From the NCBI GenBank assembly GCA_035437565.1, contig DAOMYL010000003.1:5596-69595 (forward strand): a DNA stretch of 64,000 nt, given 5' to 3'. Positions 11,078 through 21,635 of this stretch are shown here, piece after piece. Position 1 is the first letter of the stretch. Each line of letters opens with the position of its first letter. The position numbers and the translations under genes were made by a program. The notes beneath the pieces are model-generated. The model saw nothing but the letters and a program-made list of their open reading frames with translations. It was not told the DNA's origin and made no database searches. This DNA comes from a bacterium. Lineage in GTDB: Bacteria > Patescibacteriota > Gracilibacteria > BD1-5 > UBA2023.

Positions 11078-12679
11078 CTAGCGATCGTTTTTTTCGACCA
11101 TGGCACGGACAAATCCGATGAAGAGCGGATGGGGTCTCGTGGGACGGGACTTGAATTCTGGATGGAATTGGGCTCCGATCATGAATGGATGATCAGCGAT
11201 CTCGACAATCTCCACGAGACTTCCGTCCGGGCTCGTTCCAGAGATTCGGAATCCGTTGGCTTCCATGCGATCACGGTAAGCGTTATTGAATTCATAGCGG
11301 TGACGATGTCGTTCGTCAATGGATGTTTCACCATAGAGACGGTGCGCGAGTGATCCTTCGGTGATAGTACAGGGATAGGTACCGAGACGCATGGTTCCAC
11401 CCTTTTTTGTGATATCTTTCTGGGAGTCCATGATATGGACCACCGGGTCCGATGTCATCTCATCAAATTCCTGACTGTTCGCACTTGGCAGACCCAAGAC
11501 ATCGCGAGCGAATTCGATCGCCATAATCTGTGACCCGAGGCAAACACCGAGGTACGGGATTTTGTTCTTTCGAGCGTACCGAGCCGCAAGGATCTTTCCT
11601 CCTGTGCCACGAATACCGAACCCCCCTGGAATACAGATACCATCGAGGTCTCGGAGAATCGACTCAGCATCCCTGGACTCGAGTGATTCAGCATCGATGA
11701 ATCGAATATCAACTTTTTTTCGCAGGCCGAATCCGGCAGTACGGAGACCCTCATTGAGAGAGTAGTACGCGTCCTCAAGATCATTATACTTACCGATCAT
11801 CCCGATCACGAGGGACTCCGAAGAAGCCTCGATATTCTCGGAGAGTCGAGTCCATGCGGCAAAATCGAAGCCCCGATCCGAAAGCCCGAGACGCCGAAGG
11901 ACGGACATCCTGACACCCTGTCGCTCGAACTCTACCGGTACCTGGTAGATGCTCGGAAGATTTGGTGAAGCGATGACGCTCGACCGGTCGAGCGAACAAA
12001 AGTACGCAGTCTTGGCAAGGATATCCTCAGGGATCGCTTCATCAGATCGCAGGACAACAAAATCCGGCGTAATTCCGTAGGACATGAGTGTCCGGACGGC
12101 GTGCTGTGTCGGCTTGGTCTTGAGCTCCTTGGACGCACCGAGATACGGCAAGAGCGTAACGTGGACGAAGAGAACATTATCTCGTCCGAGTTCTTGGCCC
12201 ATTTGCCGAGCCGTCTCGATGAAGTATTCATTCTCCATATCTCCTACGGTTCCACCGATCTCGATGATCGACACATCTGCACCGCTCGTCTCGAACCCCT
12301 CGCGAACCTTGGACTTCACGAGATCCGTGAGGTGCGGCACGATCTGCACGGTCTTGCCGAGGTAGTCGCCGTGTCGTTCGCGAGCAATAACCTCCTCGAA
12401 GAGTCGCCCTGAAGTAAACGAAGAGAGCTTGTTGAGTTCGCTGTCGATGAATCGCTCATAGTGACCGATGTCAAGATCTGTCTCGGCTCCGTCTTGAGTG
12501 ACGAAGACTTCTCCGTGCTGGAATGGCGACATCGTGCCAGGGTCGACATTGAGGTATCAGTCGAACTTCTGAAAAAACACTCGGTATCCGCTCGCCTTGA
12601 GCAATGCTCCAATACTCGAGGCTACGATTCCTTTCCCGATACCAGACAACACTCATCCCGTCACGAATATGCACTTCAT
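11078..12679 (-). CDS. pyrG: CTP synthase
   Basis: MKCIFVTG[G]VLSGIGKGI ... KFD[G][20 protein letters not shown]. Glutaminase half has GICLGSQ-type [15 protein letters not shown] and [11 protein letters not shown] at 12653-12655 and a second one nine codons upstream of the track start at 12532. Confidence 0.96.
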
Positions 12680-12828
12680 TCCTGTGTCATTAAAATTTGA
12701 CCCAAGTATAGGAAAAGTCCGCCGGAAGTACAGGGAGTTTTTCCGCAAAAAATTCCCAGAACGCAAAGAATGTCCGAGTGAATGGGAAGACATTGAATGG
12801 ATCGTTTTTCTCAAGAAGAAAAAAAGAT

Positions 12829-12856
12829 TTGAAAAACAGGCATGACTCCATATAAT
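12829..12856 (+). promoter_or_regulatory. sigma70-like promoter of tRNA-Glu
   Basis: TTGAAA (12829-12834), 16-nt spacer, TATAAT (12851-12856). It lies 13 nt upstream of tRNA base 1. Confidence 0.65.
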
Positions 12857-12869
12857 CGCCGCACTTCGA

Positions 12870-12944
12870 GAGGCTATCGTCTAGTGGTCAGGACAACGGG
12901 TTTTCATCCCGTAAACCGGAGTTCAATTCTCCGTAGCCTTACCA
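12870..12944 (+). tRNA. tRNA-Glu (anticodon UUC) with encoded CCA
   Basis: Hand-folded cloverleaf. Acceptor GAGGCTA/TAGCCTT; D arm GTCT-AGTGGTCA-GGAC; anticodon arm ACGGG-TTTTCAT-CCCGT; 4-nt variable loop; T arm CGGAG-TTCAATT-CTCCG; discriminator A then CCA. Confidence 0.9.
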
Positions 12945-12959
12945 AGTATGTCTCGAGAG

Positions 12960-12983
12960 CGGTCCTTCATGGATCGTTTTTTT
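12960..12983 (+). terminator. intrinsic terminator after tRNA-Glu
   Basis: CGGTCC-TTCAT-GGATCG hairpin (6 bp including one G-T pair) followed by a run of seven T. Confidence 0.6.
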
Positions 12984-13012
12984 CGTTCAGGCACATCCCC
13001 ATGCTTCTTTGT

Positions 13013-13040
13013 TTGCTTTCCCATAGAACTTGCTTATAAT
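13013..13040 (+). promoter_or_regulatory. sigma70-like promoter of efp
   Basis: TTGCTT (13013-13018), 16-nt spacer, TATAAT (13035-13040). It lies 35 nt upstream of the efp ATG. Confidence 0.6.
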
Positions 13041-13075
13041 CCGCGAGATTTACTCAAATACGAAAAGAAACCGCT

Positions 13076-13651
13076 ATGAAAACGGCATTCTACGCACGCA
13101 CTGGTACGGTCGTGAAGATCGGCGATGATATCCTCCGGGTCGTAAAGCATACGCTCAAATCCACGAATAAAGGCCGTGGAAAGGGGTTTCTCGTCCAAAT
13201 GCGCCTCAAGAATCTCATTACCGGATCGGTCATAGAGGAGGTATACGACAGCGAGGACAAGATGGATGATATCACGCTCGAGCGTGCCAAGGCTGAATTT
13301 CTCTATGAATCGGCCGGAACTTACGCATTCATGAATCAGGAGACCTACGAGCAGACCGAGCTTTCCGAAGAAGATGTTGGGGATGCCAAGGACTTTCTCA
13401 TTGAAGGGCAGATCGTGGATCTCCAGCAGTATGAGGGACAGTTTGTAGGAATTGTCCTTCCGCTCCAGGTCAAACTCCGAGTCACTGAATGCGAACCGGG
13501 GGTGAAGGGAAATACTGCCGATGGACGCATTACAAAGGACGCAACACTCGAAACCGGATATGTGGTAAAGGTACCAGGATTCATTGAAACTGGGGATGAA
13601 CTCATGATCAATACCGAAACCGGGGAATACACGGAACGAGCGAAGGACTAG
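13076..13651 (+). CDS. efp: elongation factor P
   Basis: 191 aa; KGRGKGFLVQMRLKNLITG, YLYESAGTYAFMNQETYEQ-type core and VKVPGFIETGD. TAG stop. Confidence 0.93.
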   Translation: MKTAFYARTGTVVKIGDDILRVVKHTLKSTNKGRGKGFLVQMRLKNLITGSVIEEVYDSEDKMDDITLERAKAEFLYESAGTYAFMNQETYEQTELSEEDVGDAKDFLIEGQIVDLQQYEGQFVGIVLPLQVKLRVTECEPGVKGNTADGRITKDATLETGYVVKVPGFIETGDELMINTETGEYTERAKD

Positions 13652-13677
13652 CCTTTAGAAGATTTTGCATTGTCCAG

Positions 13678-13727
13678 AAAATTGCGGTACACTGCCGAGC
13701 AATGGCAGTGTACCGCAATTTTTCATT
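13678..13727 (+). terminator. strong intrinsic terminator after efp
   Basis: Perfect 19-bp inverted repeat AAATTGCGGTACACTGCC(...)GGCAGTGTACCGCAATTT (13678-13696 / 13704-13722) with a 7-nt loop, followed by TTTTC. Confidence 0.85.
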
Positions 13728-13732
13728 CTTCG

Positions 13733-14005
13733 ATGTCTCACGTTGATACACTCTCGCACGTCCGGACCGTGCTTTCGAAGCTCGGTACGTCCTGGGTTGC
13801 GTCAGCAGGGATTCTTGCGATGCTCGATTCGGATGAAGTGAGTATGGATGAGTCGGCCATACAGGGTCTCGCAAAGATTTTGGACGAAGTTCTCAAAGAG
13901 ATCGGACCCGAGTCGCTCAGCTGAGACAACGGGGAATGAGCCGAATATTTGCGCGATTGGCAGGAGACATCAAGACAGTCATCCATTGCCTTCGCGATGA
14001 CATAA
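13733..14005 (+). CDS. small hypothetical protein (about 90 aa); may instead be the displaced N-terminus of the next gene
   Basis: ATG 13733. Reasonable sequence: MSHVDTLSHVRTVLSKLGTSWVASAGILAMLDSDEVSMDESAIQGLAKILDEVLKEIGPESLS. It then reads through TGA (13922, 13937) to TAA at 14003-14005. Overlaps the next ORF by 70 nt in another frame. Confidence 0.3.
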
Positions 14006-15384
14006 CCACACGACTCATGAATGCGGTGCGGCCCGATATGCCGATGATTGATACCGTGCTTTCCAATACGCAATGAGCGAGGTGTGTTTCGCTAGGGCTC
14101 GATAGGCGTCTGCCGGAGATTCGTGCGATTCTCCAGGCTTCGTTCGAGCGTTTTTTCGAGAAAACAATCCCGCCTGACGAAGAATTTTCCCGACTCTGAG
14201 CAAGAGAGCGACTCGTGCTGGCTGCCTATGCGGCGATTTCGTACGGATCTCGCATGCAAGCACATCCTGCCATGCTCCAGAAATCTCCTGGCTCATTGGA
14301 ACTCATGGGCTTGTTTGATCGAATGCAGGCCGAACGCCGCTTGGTACGGATCAGCCAAAATCGCGCGGCCGCATGACACGAAAACAATATTGATACCGCT
14401 CCTGTGGACCGCCAGATCCGCCAGCTTGCCTGTGTGGACAATTTTGGCCTCACGGACGTACTTGTCTTGACCGAGCGGTGACATGACTGCTCCGGATTGT
14501 TTTTCATCGATACAGACGGTGCACAGACAAATCTCGAGAGTGCGATATTCCACCGAACGCCCGTATTCTTCTCCCCACCAAAAACATTTGTCGCGAATGA
14601 AGCGGTCGCGCCGCTCGATATTTTTCTATCGGCACTCGACAACATCGTGATAAACGGAACCGTCGCAAAGCTCGATATATCGCCGAGTCCCGGCTACTAC
14701 CCCCAGTCCGCTTCGGAGAGATGGGACGCGGGGATTTTTCTCTGGCCGTGATTTACGATCGTCGCCGCGTGATCCCCAAGGCGCCAAGATGATATTGTCC
14801 GAGCTTGTGTATCACAATACCGGATACAACGAATATTCTCCCTGCGCTTGATGTGTTTCCTGCACGATCGGACATTCGTTCCGGTAGTTCCGAGCGAATA
14901 CGATCAGCGAATTCGAGCGATGCTCGCAGCATTCGAGCGAAAGTTTCCGGAGAGTGGAGCGGTCATGCGAGACCTGCGCGAACGCTGAGGAGCAATCTTC
15001 GACCTCGAGCGTTCGCTTGCAGCGACGCTCCCATGGCACGTCCGGACAGCCTGGAAGCGCATCTTTCCTCTACTCATCGCCCGATCATGCGGAGCGAAAG
15101 TCGGTACCGGAAACGACTGGAATGGAGACCCAATGACGACATATAACGAAGAGTCGGTATGGGATATGCCCCCAGCAGAGGAAAACACAGTGCTCATGGT
15201 ACGAGCGTTCTCGTGCAAAGGGAAGTCTCGCGGGGTCTTGGCACTTGTGCAGGAGGGACGATGGACAGCACTCGACTTCGATAGGCGGCGGTATATTCCA
15301 CTCACGACATTCCTCCGGGACTACGATGGATACTCGATCGAGCAAAAACCCCTCCTCCAAGAAGTCGTATCTCAATCAAATTAG
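13936..15384 (+). CDS. hypothetical protein (about 482 aa) containing seven in-frame TGA
   Basis: One frame is free of TAA/TAG from 13936 to TAG at 15382-15384. It links track ORFs 14497..14751 and 15133..15384. TGA at 14074, 14197, 14374, 14479, 14752, 14770 and 14986. Composition is protein-like (LVLTEAGHDCSGLFFIDTDGAQTNLESAIF...). Start uncertain; alternative ATGs at 14017, 14038 and 14044. Confidence 0.55.
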
Positions 15385-17768
15385 CGTTCCCAATCAACAG
15401 AAGCCATCTGGTTGTAGCTGCCGTCCATATTGTGGACGGTTACTTTGTCGTCACTCATGACGAAGAGGTATGATCCAATGTAGACGCTCCGAGCCACGAA
15501 CGAACGTTGGTATTCCCACGAATTATATGCCATATAGGACTCGGGTGTAGAATCAGCATAGCAGTAGGATGGCACCCATGTCTGAGTGACAGGAAGACAA
15601 TATTCCCCTCCCCCGATAAGTTTCTTACACTGTGGCTCGGAAGATGTCGATGAGATGTACGTCATGCAAGCCTTCTCTCGCTGGGAAGCTATCGCCGAAA
15701 GATCCATATGGGTAATTTCGCGTCGCTCGTTGATTCCTGTTTCCGGATCGATACCGAGAACGAGCGATCCTTGGAATGCGTCACTGATGTCATACGGACG
15801 ACTCGGATCACTATGGTAGTGGAGCAATACCGGAAGAACGAGGGTCTTTCGTGAAGCAATCCACATGAAGGTCCGAGGATCAATGAGTGTCTCCGAGAAG
15901 CTTCCCTGCTGACCGAATGTCTTGGCTGCAACCTGGCTCACGCGGATACGCGATGAATCAACGCCATCGAGACATTCATCATAACGAGCAGGATCGGTCT
16001 CGCGAAGAGTTCAACAGCGGCTCTCAGCCGTTTCCCGCTCATCGTAGTCTATGCGGTAGAGTGCGACCTGGATTCCCCCATTGCGTGTTCCGCCCCACTC
16101 CGTCATTTCGGTATCATACCCTATTCCCATGAGGTGATTCTCGTCATATGAATGCAAGTAGGTCGAGTATCCTGGCATTTTCAGCTCCCCAATTACTTCA
16201 GGTGCCGTCTCATTGGAAATGTCGATCACAAAAAGTGGATCGATAGATTGGAACGTGACGAGAAAGAGCTTGTCACCAATATAGCGGGAACTCTTGAATT
16301 CCTCTCCTTCAGCGAGACGTTCGAGCGATCCGATTTTCTTAAAATTCTTATCGAGCACGTAAACCGATGTTGATTGTTTGGGAGAGCGATTGGAGGTAAC
16401 GATACGAAAGGAGCCTGAGGCCGACTGATCCATGGAGTACTGATTCAGTGGCTCTCCGGGAACGAACGCCGTCCGGTCGTAGGCAAGATTTCGTCCATTG
16501 ACCGAGAATTTGTGCACGAGCGTGTTTGTATTGGAGATTCCCCACTGAGGCATGAGACAAAAAGCATCTACCGGACAGCGGAACAAAGCCGGCTCAGAGT
16601 CGTATATCCGACTCGTGAGATAGAGGTGATCGAGACTCATGTATACTTCGTTGAGATCACCGAGAACGACATCGGTCGCGATCTCCTTGCTCGCATCGGA
16701 AGTATCGATGGCCGAGAGTGTAACAAAGCGCGGATTGAAACCGAATTGAGAGACGGACTCATCATTCGGCAGGATATACGCCACATCCGAACAATCGACA
16801 CTCGCACCAGAAGAGAGCCTGTACGCTATTTTCCGCCCCCGAACCGTAACGTTGCCATCGGCGGCACTGGACACGCTTCGGAGTTCGGCATAGCGAGGGA
16901 GTATGTCCGCTGCATCAAACGCCTGGTCGAAAGTCGAAAATTCCGAGTTTTTTCCTCCCTGTTGCCAGGAATACGGCATGTGTACGTACGTGCTTGAGAC
17001 GACATAGAGCGTATCTCCAATCATACGGGACCGCTCGAACGATCCATCGAGCAGCTCATAGCGTTCGAGCTTGAGATTATCAATGTCAGAGGTATCGTAG
17101 ACGATCGCGGCCGTCCGTACCGATCGATCCGACCAATATCGAGAATAGCGTACTCCATCGGAAGCCTGGGAAGGAGCATACCGGGTCGAGAGGATGACGA
17201 GCCTGTCATTCGTGAGAAAAAGCTCCGGATTCGCGAAGGAATCGGGGATCTTAATGGATTTTCGTACAGATACGGCATTGGGGTCGGAAGCATCCGCGAT
17301 ATATATGCGACGGTCGGCGTTATTCGAATAGTAGATATAGCGTCCGTCCGTTTTTACGCGCTCACTCTCGTCCACACCAAGAACCTGGACATTGGTGATA
17401 GAATATTCGTTATGAACTTCCGGCACATCGGAGTCGGAAACAGCCGATACTCACGGATCTACCGCCTTCGTGGGTGCCGACATACCCTCAGCCATCATAT
17501 CATCCACAGCGTAGTCTCCGCCATAGTACGAATCCGAAGACACGTGCGAATACAGATCGTACAAACGCTCCTGCATATCCTCGCAACTCTCGAATCGCTG
17601 CATGGAAAATGATGAGGCAACATCTTCCCCGGAGACAGATGACGAGTTTTCCTTATCGATCAGCTGAGTGTCTTCAGATTGGGCCGATACTGGTACGACC
17701 GCGAGAGTCGAGAGCACTCCGATAGTTACGAGCCAGAAACGGAAGCTCCAGGATGAAGGGGTATTCAT
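15381..17768 (-). CDS. secreted beta-propeller-domain protein (COG4880-like), about 795 aa
   Basis: Track ORFs 17451..17840, 16011..17426 and 15381..15941 share a frame and are joined by TGA at 17451 and 16011. Signal peptide MNTPSSWSFRFWLVTIGVLSTLAVVPVSAQS. Body (RYIYYSNNADRRIYIADASDP, DKLFLVTFQSIDPLFVIDISN) resembles the exported beta-propeller family. Confidence 0.7.
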
Positions 17769-17912
17769 ACGATGAGAATAAGGAATTATCATGAGGAAGA
17801 GACGATGGAACGGTGAAAAGGTGACAGAAAACTCCCCCATTGTAGTGTCCCGATATGAAAATCAAAGTAAAACTCTCTTCACCAAGAGAAAAAACACTCT
17901 CCTAATATGATT

Positions 17913-19067
17913 CTAGTACCGATCGGCTTTGCGCGGATCGGAGATCCGTCCATCAGGCGTACGCATTCGCACCACCCAGCGTCCGGTCTCTTCGTCTCGG
18001 ACATAGGCGGCTCACGATCCGTCCGGTAACTGCTGGAAATCTCTCGGCTCATAGGGGAGGTATCCGATCCGGTAGAGGGTATCAGCATCCTTCGCATGGG
18101 CACCATCATGATCCCGGAAGTATGCCTCATCCGCCTGTCGGACATGGGCGAGCTGAGTCATGCGCTCGAGTCGAAGAATATACTCACGACAGAGTCCAGA
18201 TTCGACCGTCCGAACCCGCTCGTACACATCGATAAATCTCTTCGCCTCACGGACGGGATCTATAAAAGAATACGAGAGGATTCCTTCTTGAAAATACTCA
18301 CTATAAAGACGCTTGAGCGTGCCTGCCACAGAGGAGCATGCGGGAGCTGACTCTCCAGAAAATATGGCGAGATCCAGCAACATCTCCATTGCGGCGGTCG
18401 GATCACCGGAGTCCGAGAGTGTGGTGGCAGCAATGGTACGCACTCCGGCAGGAGCATCTGCATGGGCAGAGGCAATTTTGTAGTACCGATTGGCCTTCTC
18501 GGGATCATTGGCATAGAAGTAGTGGTCGTACCCGAGGTAAAACGGAATCCAGAGCGTTTCACATGGTTCTCGCGTTGATTCGTCCACCGGAAGCGATGCA
18601 ATATCCAGTGCCATGTCGATCGCGCGGATCTTACGGGCGTCGCAAAGGTGAACGAGTCACTTCTCTCCGAGACCGATGGCCTCGTTCAGATGCCGATCCT
18701 CCCCCTGGTACTCATCCAATTCACGAGGAAGAAGTGTCTGCCCAAATATATACGCATCGACCATTCGAGGATCGATATCCGTCACGAGTTCGAGCAGTGT
18801 CGCGAGATACGCGCGGTATTCGGCACCAACGGCATGCGTCCCGACATACTGTATGGTTTCGAGCCAGTACATGTCTCCTATGGCGAGATCGTATCACCCC
18901 CCCGCCACAGCGATCGAGAGGCGGGAAGGAATAAAATCAGGGTGCTGCACGCGTCGGTATGTTTCGTTTTCAAATTTGACCGCATTCACCCCAACAACCA
19001 TTCGGTGGAAGAAGAATCCAGAAAAGAGGATAGCGGCAAACAATGCGATAACCCGAAGCTGGAACAT
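17913..19067 (-). CDS. membrane-anchored hypothetical protein with TPR-like helical repeats (384 aa)
   Basis: Same-frame merge of track ORFs 18657..18872 and 18012..18614 plus an upstream extension. TGA at 18894, 18657 and 18012. N-terminal TM MFQLRVIALFAAILFSGFFF. TAG stop at 17913-17915. Confidence 0.6.
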
Positions 19068-19129
19068 CGACAAGCAAAAGAAAAACGGAAGGACATTCTA
19101 TGGATTCCGCCGGGCTTGTCACGGCCGTA

Positions 19130-19172
19130 CTCAAAAAAAGATCCGACATCTCCGCAGAGATGGTCAGATCCG
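19130..19172 (-). terminator. probable intrinsic terminator after dnaA
   Basis: On the minus strand an imperfect hairpin GGATCTGACCATCTC-TGCG-GAGATGTCGGATC is followed by a run of seven T. Confidence 0.5.
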
Positions 19173-19197
19173 AAAGTCTCAGCGTAGAGAAAATCCG

Positions 19198-20625
19198 CTA
19201 GATGCCGAGTTTATCGCGCAGGACGTTTATTTCGTAGAAGAGATTCTGGTCTTTCTTGAGAATCTGTTCAAGTTTCTTGCAAGAATAGAGGACCGAGGAA
19301 TGATTGCGACCGGAGAAAATATTTCCGATACGGTCATACGTATAATTGAGTCGATTCTTGAGCAGATACATGGCAACCTGTCTCGGAATCATGTTCTCTT
19401 TGCGGCGATCCTCCCCCACCAAACTCCCCACCTCGATACCGAAATGCGCACTTACTGCATCGAGAAGTTCTTGGTATCCGGCAATCTTGGTTCTGGATTT
19501 TTTTGGTCCCGAGAAGTCATCGGTAATCGCGAGCTTCTTGAATTTCTTCGCGACGTGCTCGATCGTCGGAGGCGTATTATGTAGCTCATATTCGGCCACG
19601 AGCTGATTGAGAATTCCTTCGAGCTCGCGCACGTTCTCCCCTGTATTATAGGCAATGAACTCGGCGACCTGCTGAGGAATGATGAACTCCCGCGCACGAG
19701 CCTTCTCCTGGAGGATCGCGAGCCGCGTCTCGAAATCCGGTGCGCCAATATCGACAATAATTCCCCACTCGAAGCGGTTTCGGAGACGCGGTTCAAGCTC
19801 CGAGAGCTCCTTGGGCGGACGATCGCCGGAGAGGACGATCTGCTTATTCCCTTCGTAAAGGATATTGAAAATATTATAGAGCTCTTCCTGCGTCTGCTTT
19901 TTGCCAGCGAGGAACTGTACGTCATCGATAATGAGTACATCGATCGAGCGGTATTTCTCGCGCATCTGGTCGACCTTCCGAGCCTTCACACTCGTAATGT
20001 AGTCCGTGAGAAATCGATCGGCGGTCGTATAGATCACACGCTTATCGCGAAATCTTGCCCGGATACCGTTTCCGATCGCCTGGAGAAGATGGGTCTTTCC
20101 GAGCCCAACATCCCCATAGATGAAGAGTGGATTGTAGCTCGATCCCGGCTTCCGGCAGACAGCATCGGCGGCGGCGTATGCGAGCTGGTTCGATGGACCA
20201 ATGATGAAGTTATCGAGACGATATTTGTCGTTGATAACGCGGGAGACGATCCCATCGACCTGCTCGTGTCCGGGAATCTCGGTCTTCTTAGTGCGCTTGG
20301 AGGTAAATTCCTTATAGAGTGTTTGGCAATCGACAACCTGCGTATTGGTCGTATTGTCGATCGCCGTATCGACAACGAAATCCACCGATTCGATGGATGG
20401 AACAAATTTTTTGGTCGCTTGCTTGATTTCGTCGTAAAACTTGTGAGAAAGGTTGTCGCGCATAAAACTCGATACGACCCCGAAAACAATACGGTCGGAC
20501 GTACGGTCAACAACGGACAGCTTCTTGAAATAGGTCAGGAAATCCTGCTTGCGCACGGTGCTTACGAGCTCCGAGACAATCTCTTTCAGGATGATTTTTG
20601 CTTCGAGGGAATCGGTTTGCTGCAT
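19198..20625 (-). CDS. dnaA: chromosomal replication initiator protein DnaA
   Basis: 475 aa. AAA+ Walker A GDVGLGKTHLLQAIGN, box VII and sensor regions, and the C-terminal DNA-binding helix (MIPRQVAMYLLKN, IGNIFSGRNHSSVLYSC). Confidence 0.96.
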   Translation of the reverse strand: MQQTDSLEAKIILKEIVSELVSTVRKQDFLTYFKKLSVVDRTSDRIVFGVVSSFMRDNLSHKFYDEIKQATKKFVPSIESVDFVVDTAIDNTTNTQVVDCQTLYKEFTSKRTKKTEIPGHEQVDGIVSRVINDKYRLDNFIIGPSNQLAYAAADAVCRKPGSSYNPLFIYGDVGLGKTHLLQAIGNGIRARFRDKRVIYTTADRFLTDYITSVKARKVDQMREKYRSIDVLIIDDVQFLAGKKQTQEELYNIFNILYEGNKQIVLSGDRPPKELSELEPRLRNRFEWGIIVDIGAPDFETRLAILQEKARAREFIIPQQVAEFIAYNTGENVRELEGILNQLVAEYELHNTPPTIEHVAKKFKKLAITDDFSGPKKSRTKIAGYQELLDAVSAHFGIEVGSLVGEDRRKENMIPRQVAMYLLKNRLNYTYDRIGNIFSGRNHSSVLYSCKKLEQILKKDQNLFYEINVLRDKLGI

Positions 20626-20757
20626 GTGTTGCGAAGGCGACTTTGACGAATACTTGCGGGTATTTCTCCCAACTTCTGGTCTTCCGTGGACGGGGACATG
20701 TTTACTCGGTTTCTGCGTGTTGTCAAAATGAAAAATCGCTTGACGGACACATATCCG

Positions 20758-20774
20758 AACACAAATTGTGTTCG
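20758..20774. promoter_or_regulatory. 17-nt palindrome, candidate operator
   Basis: GAACACAA-A-TTGTGTTC: perfect 8-nt arms within the dnaA / FNR-like intergenic region. Confidence 0.4.
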
Positions 20775-20814
20775 TTTATCACTCCTTATGGAAAATATTT
20801 TGTTTCGTGTCTCG

Positions 20815-20826
20815 ATTGTATACAAT
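20815..20826. promoter_or_regulatory. 12-nt perfect palindrome, candidate operator
   Basis: ATTGTATACAAT, 24 nt upstream of the FNR-like gene start. It shares the ACAA/TTGT half-site with the palindrome at 20758. Confidence 0.35.
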
Positions 20827-20849
20827 TCGCTCGTTTTTCCAAGCGAATC

Positions 20850-21521
20850 ATGCAAACCATCACCCTCCGCATTACTGATAGGAAATGGCTCACGAAAGAC
20901 GTTTTCGAGATGGTCATCGAGCCTTCCGAACCCGTCTCGGCGAAGCCTGGACAGTTCAGCATGTTCCTGCTTCCTTCCGGACTGAAGCGATCGTATTCGA
21001 TTGCATGGGCCCGGGAATGAAGTCTCGGATACATCATTAAGAAACTCGAGGGCTGAAAGGGAAGCACGGAGCTCTCGGAGCTTCCGATCGGCTCGGAATT
21101 CAGGTCCATGCCTCCACTTGGACACTTCACGCTCACAGATGGAGACGTTGCACGGTATTTTATCGGGACTGGTACCGGATTCGCACCACTCTATTTCCAG
21201 ATCCTCTCCGCACTCTCCCGTGGAGACCGGTCGGAGATGTTGCTCGTATTCTGAGTCCGCTCCATGCAAGACGTCTTCTACCGCGAGGAGCTCTCACTCC
21301 TCGAAAAAGCGTATCCGAATTTCTGTACACACTACTACCTCAGCCGCGAAGACAACCCTGGATACGAGCGCGGGTACGTGACGGATACGATCACCGAAAC
21401 ACTCACCGGAGTATACAAAGAATACTACCTCTGCGGCAGCCCCGCAATGGTAAAAGACGCGCGTGCTCGTCTCTCAGAGGCGGGAGTGGAACCGGGGCAA
21501 ATCCGATTCGAGCAATACTAG
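20850..21521 (+). CDS. FNR-like FAD/NAD(P)-binding oxidoreductase (223 aa)
   Basis: RSYSIA flavin motif, GTGTGFAP NAD(P) motif and YLCGSPAMV. In-frame TGA at 21018, 21054 and 21252. TAG stop. Confidence 0.85.
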
Positions 21522-21635
21522 AGACATAACTTCGACCTACCAAACGCGTCCGGGAAATGGATGCGTTTTTTTGATAATACGAGCCAAACTGGTACAATGG
21601 GAGCGAATATGCCCTGAATCGTAAACGATCGTACC

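Larger units (their letters stand above)
20626..20849. other. candidate replication origin / divergent control region upstream of dnaA
   Basis: 224-nt intergenic region next to dnaA with AT-rich patches (CAAAATGAAAAATCG, GGAAAATATTTTGTTT). Local gene orientation switches here: all minus from 15381 to 20625, all plus from 20850 to 27973. Only weak DnaA-box-like 9-mers (5-6 of 9 matches). Confidence 0.35.

Noticed and set aside
12700-12730. GGAAAAGTCCGCCGG resembling the RNase P RNA CR-I element (GGAAAGUCCGG).
   Set aside because: It has one extra A and no matching P4 3' strand nearby. Only about 190 nt of non-coding DNA is available between pyrG and the tRNA.
20758-20774. CGAAC...GTTCG palindrome as a LexA (Cheo-type) box.
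   Set aside because: Cheo boxes are GAAC-N4-GTTC, whereas here the half-sites are 9 nt apart. Left as an unassigned operator candidate.
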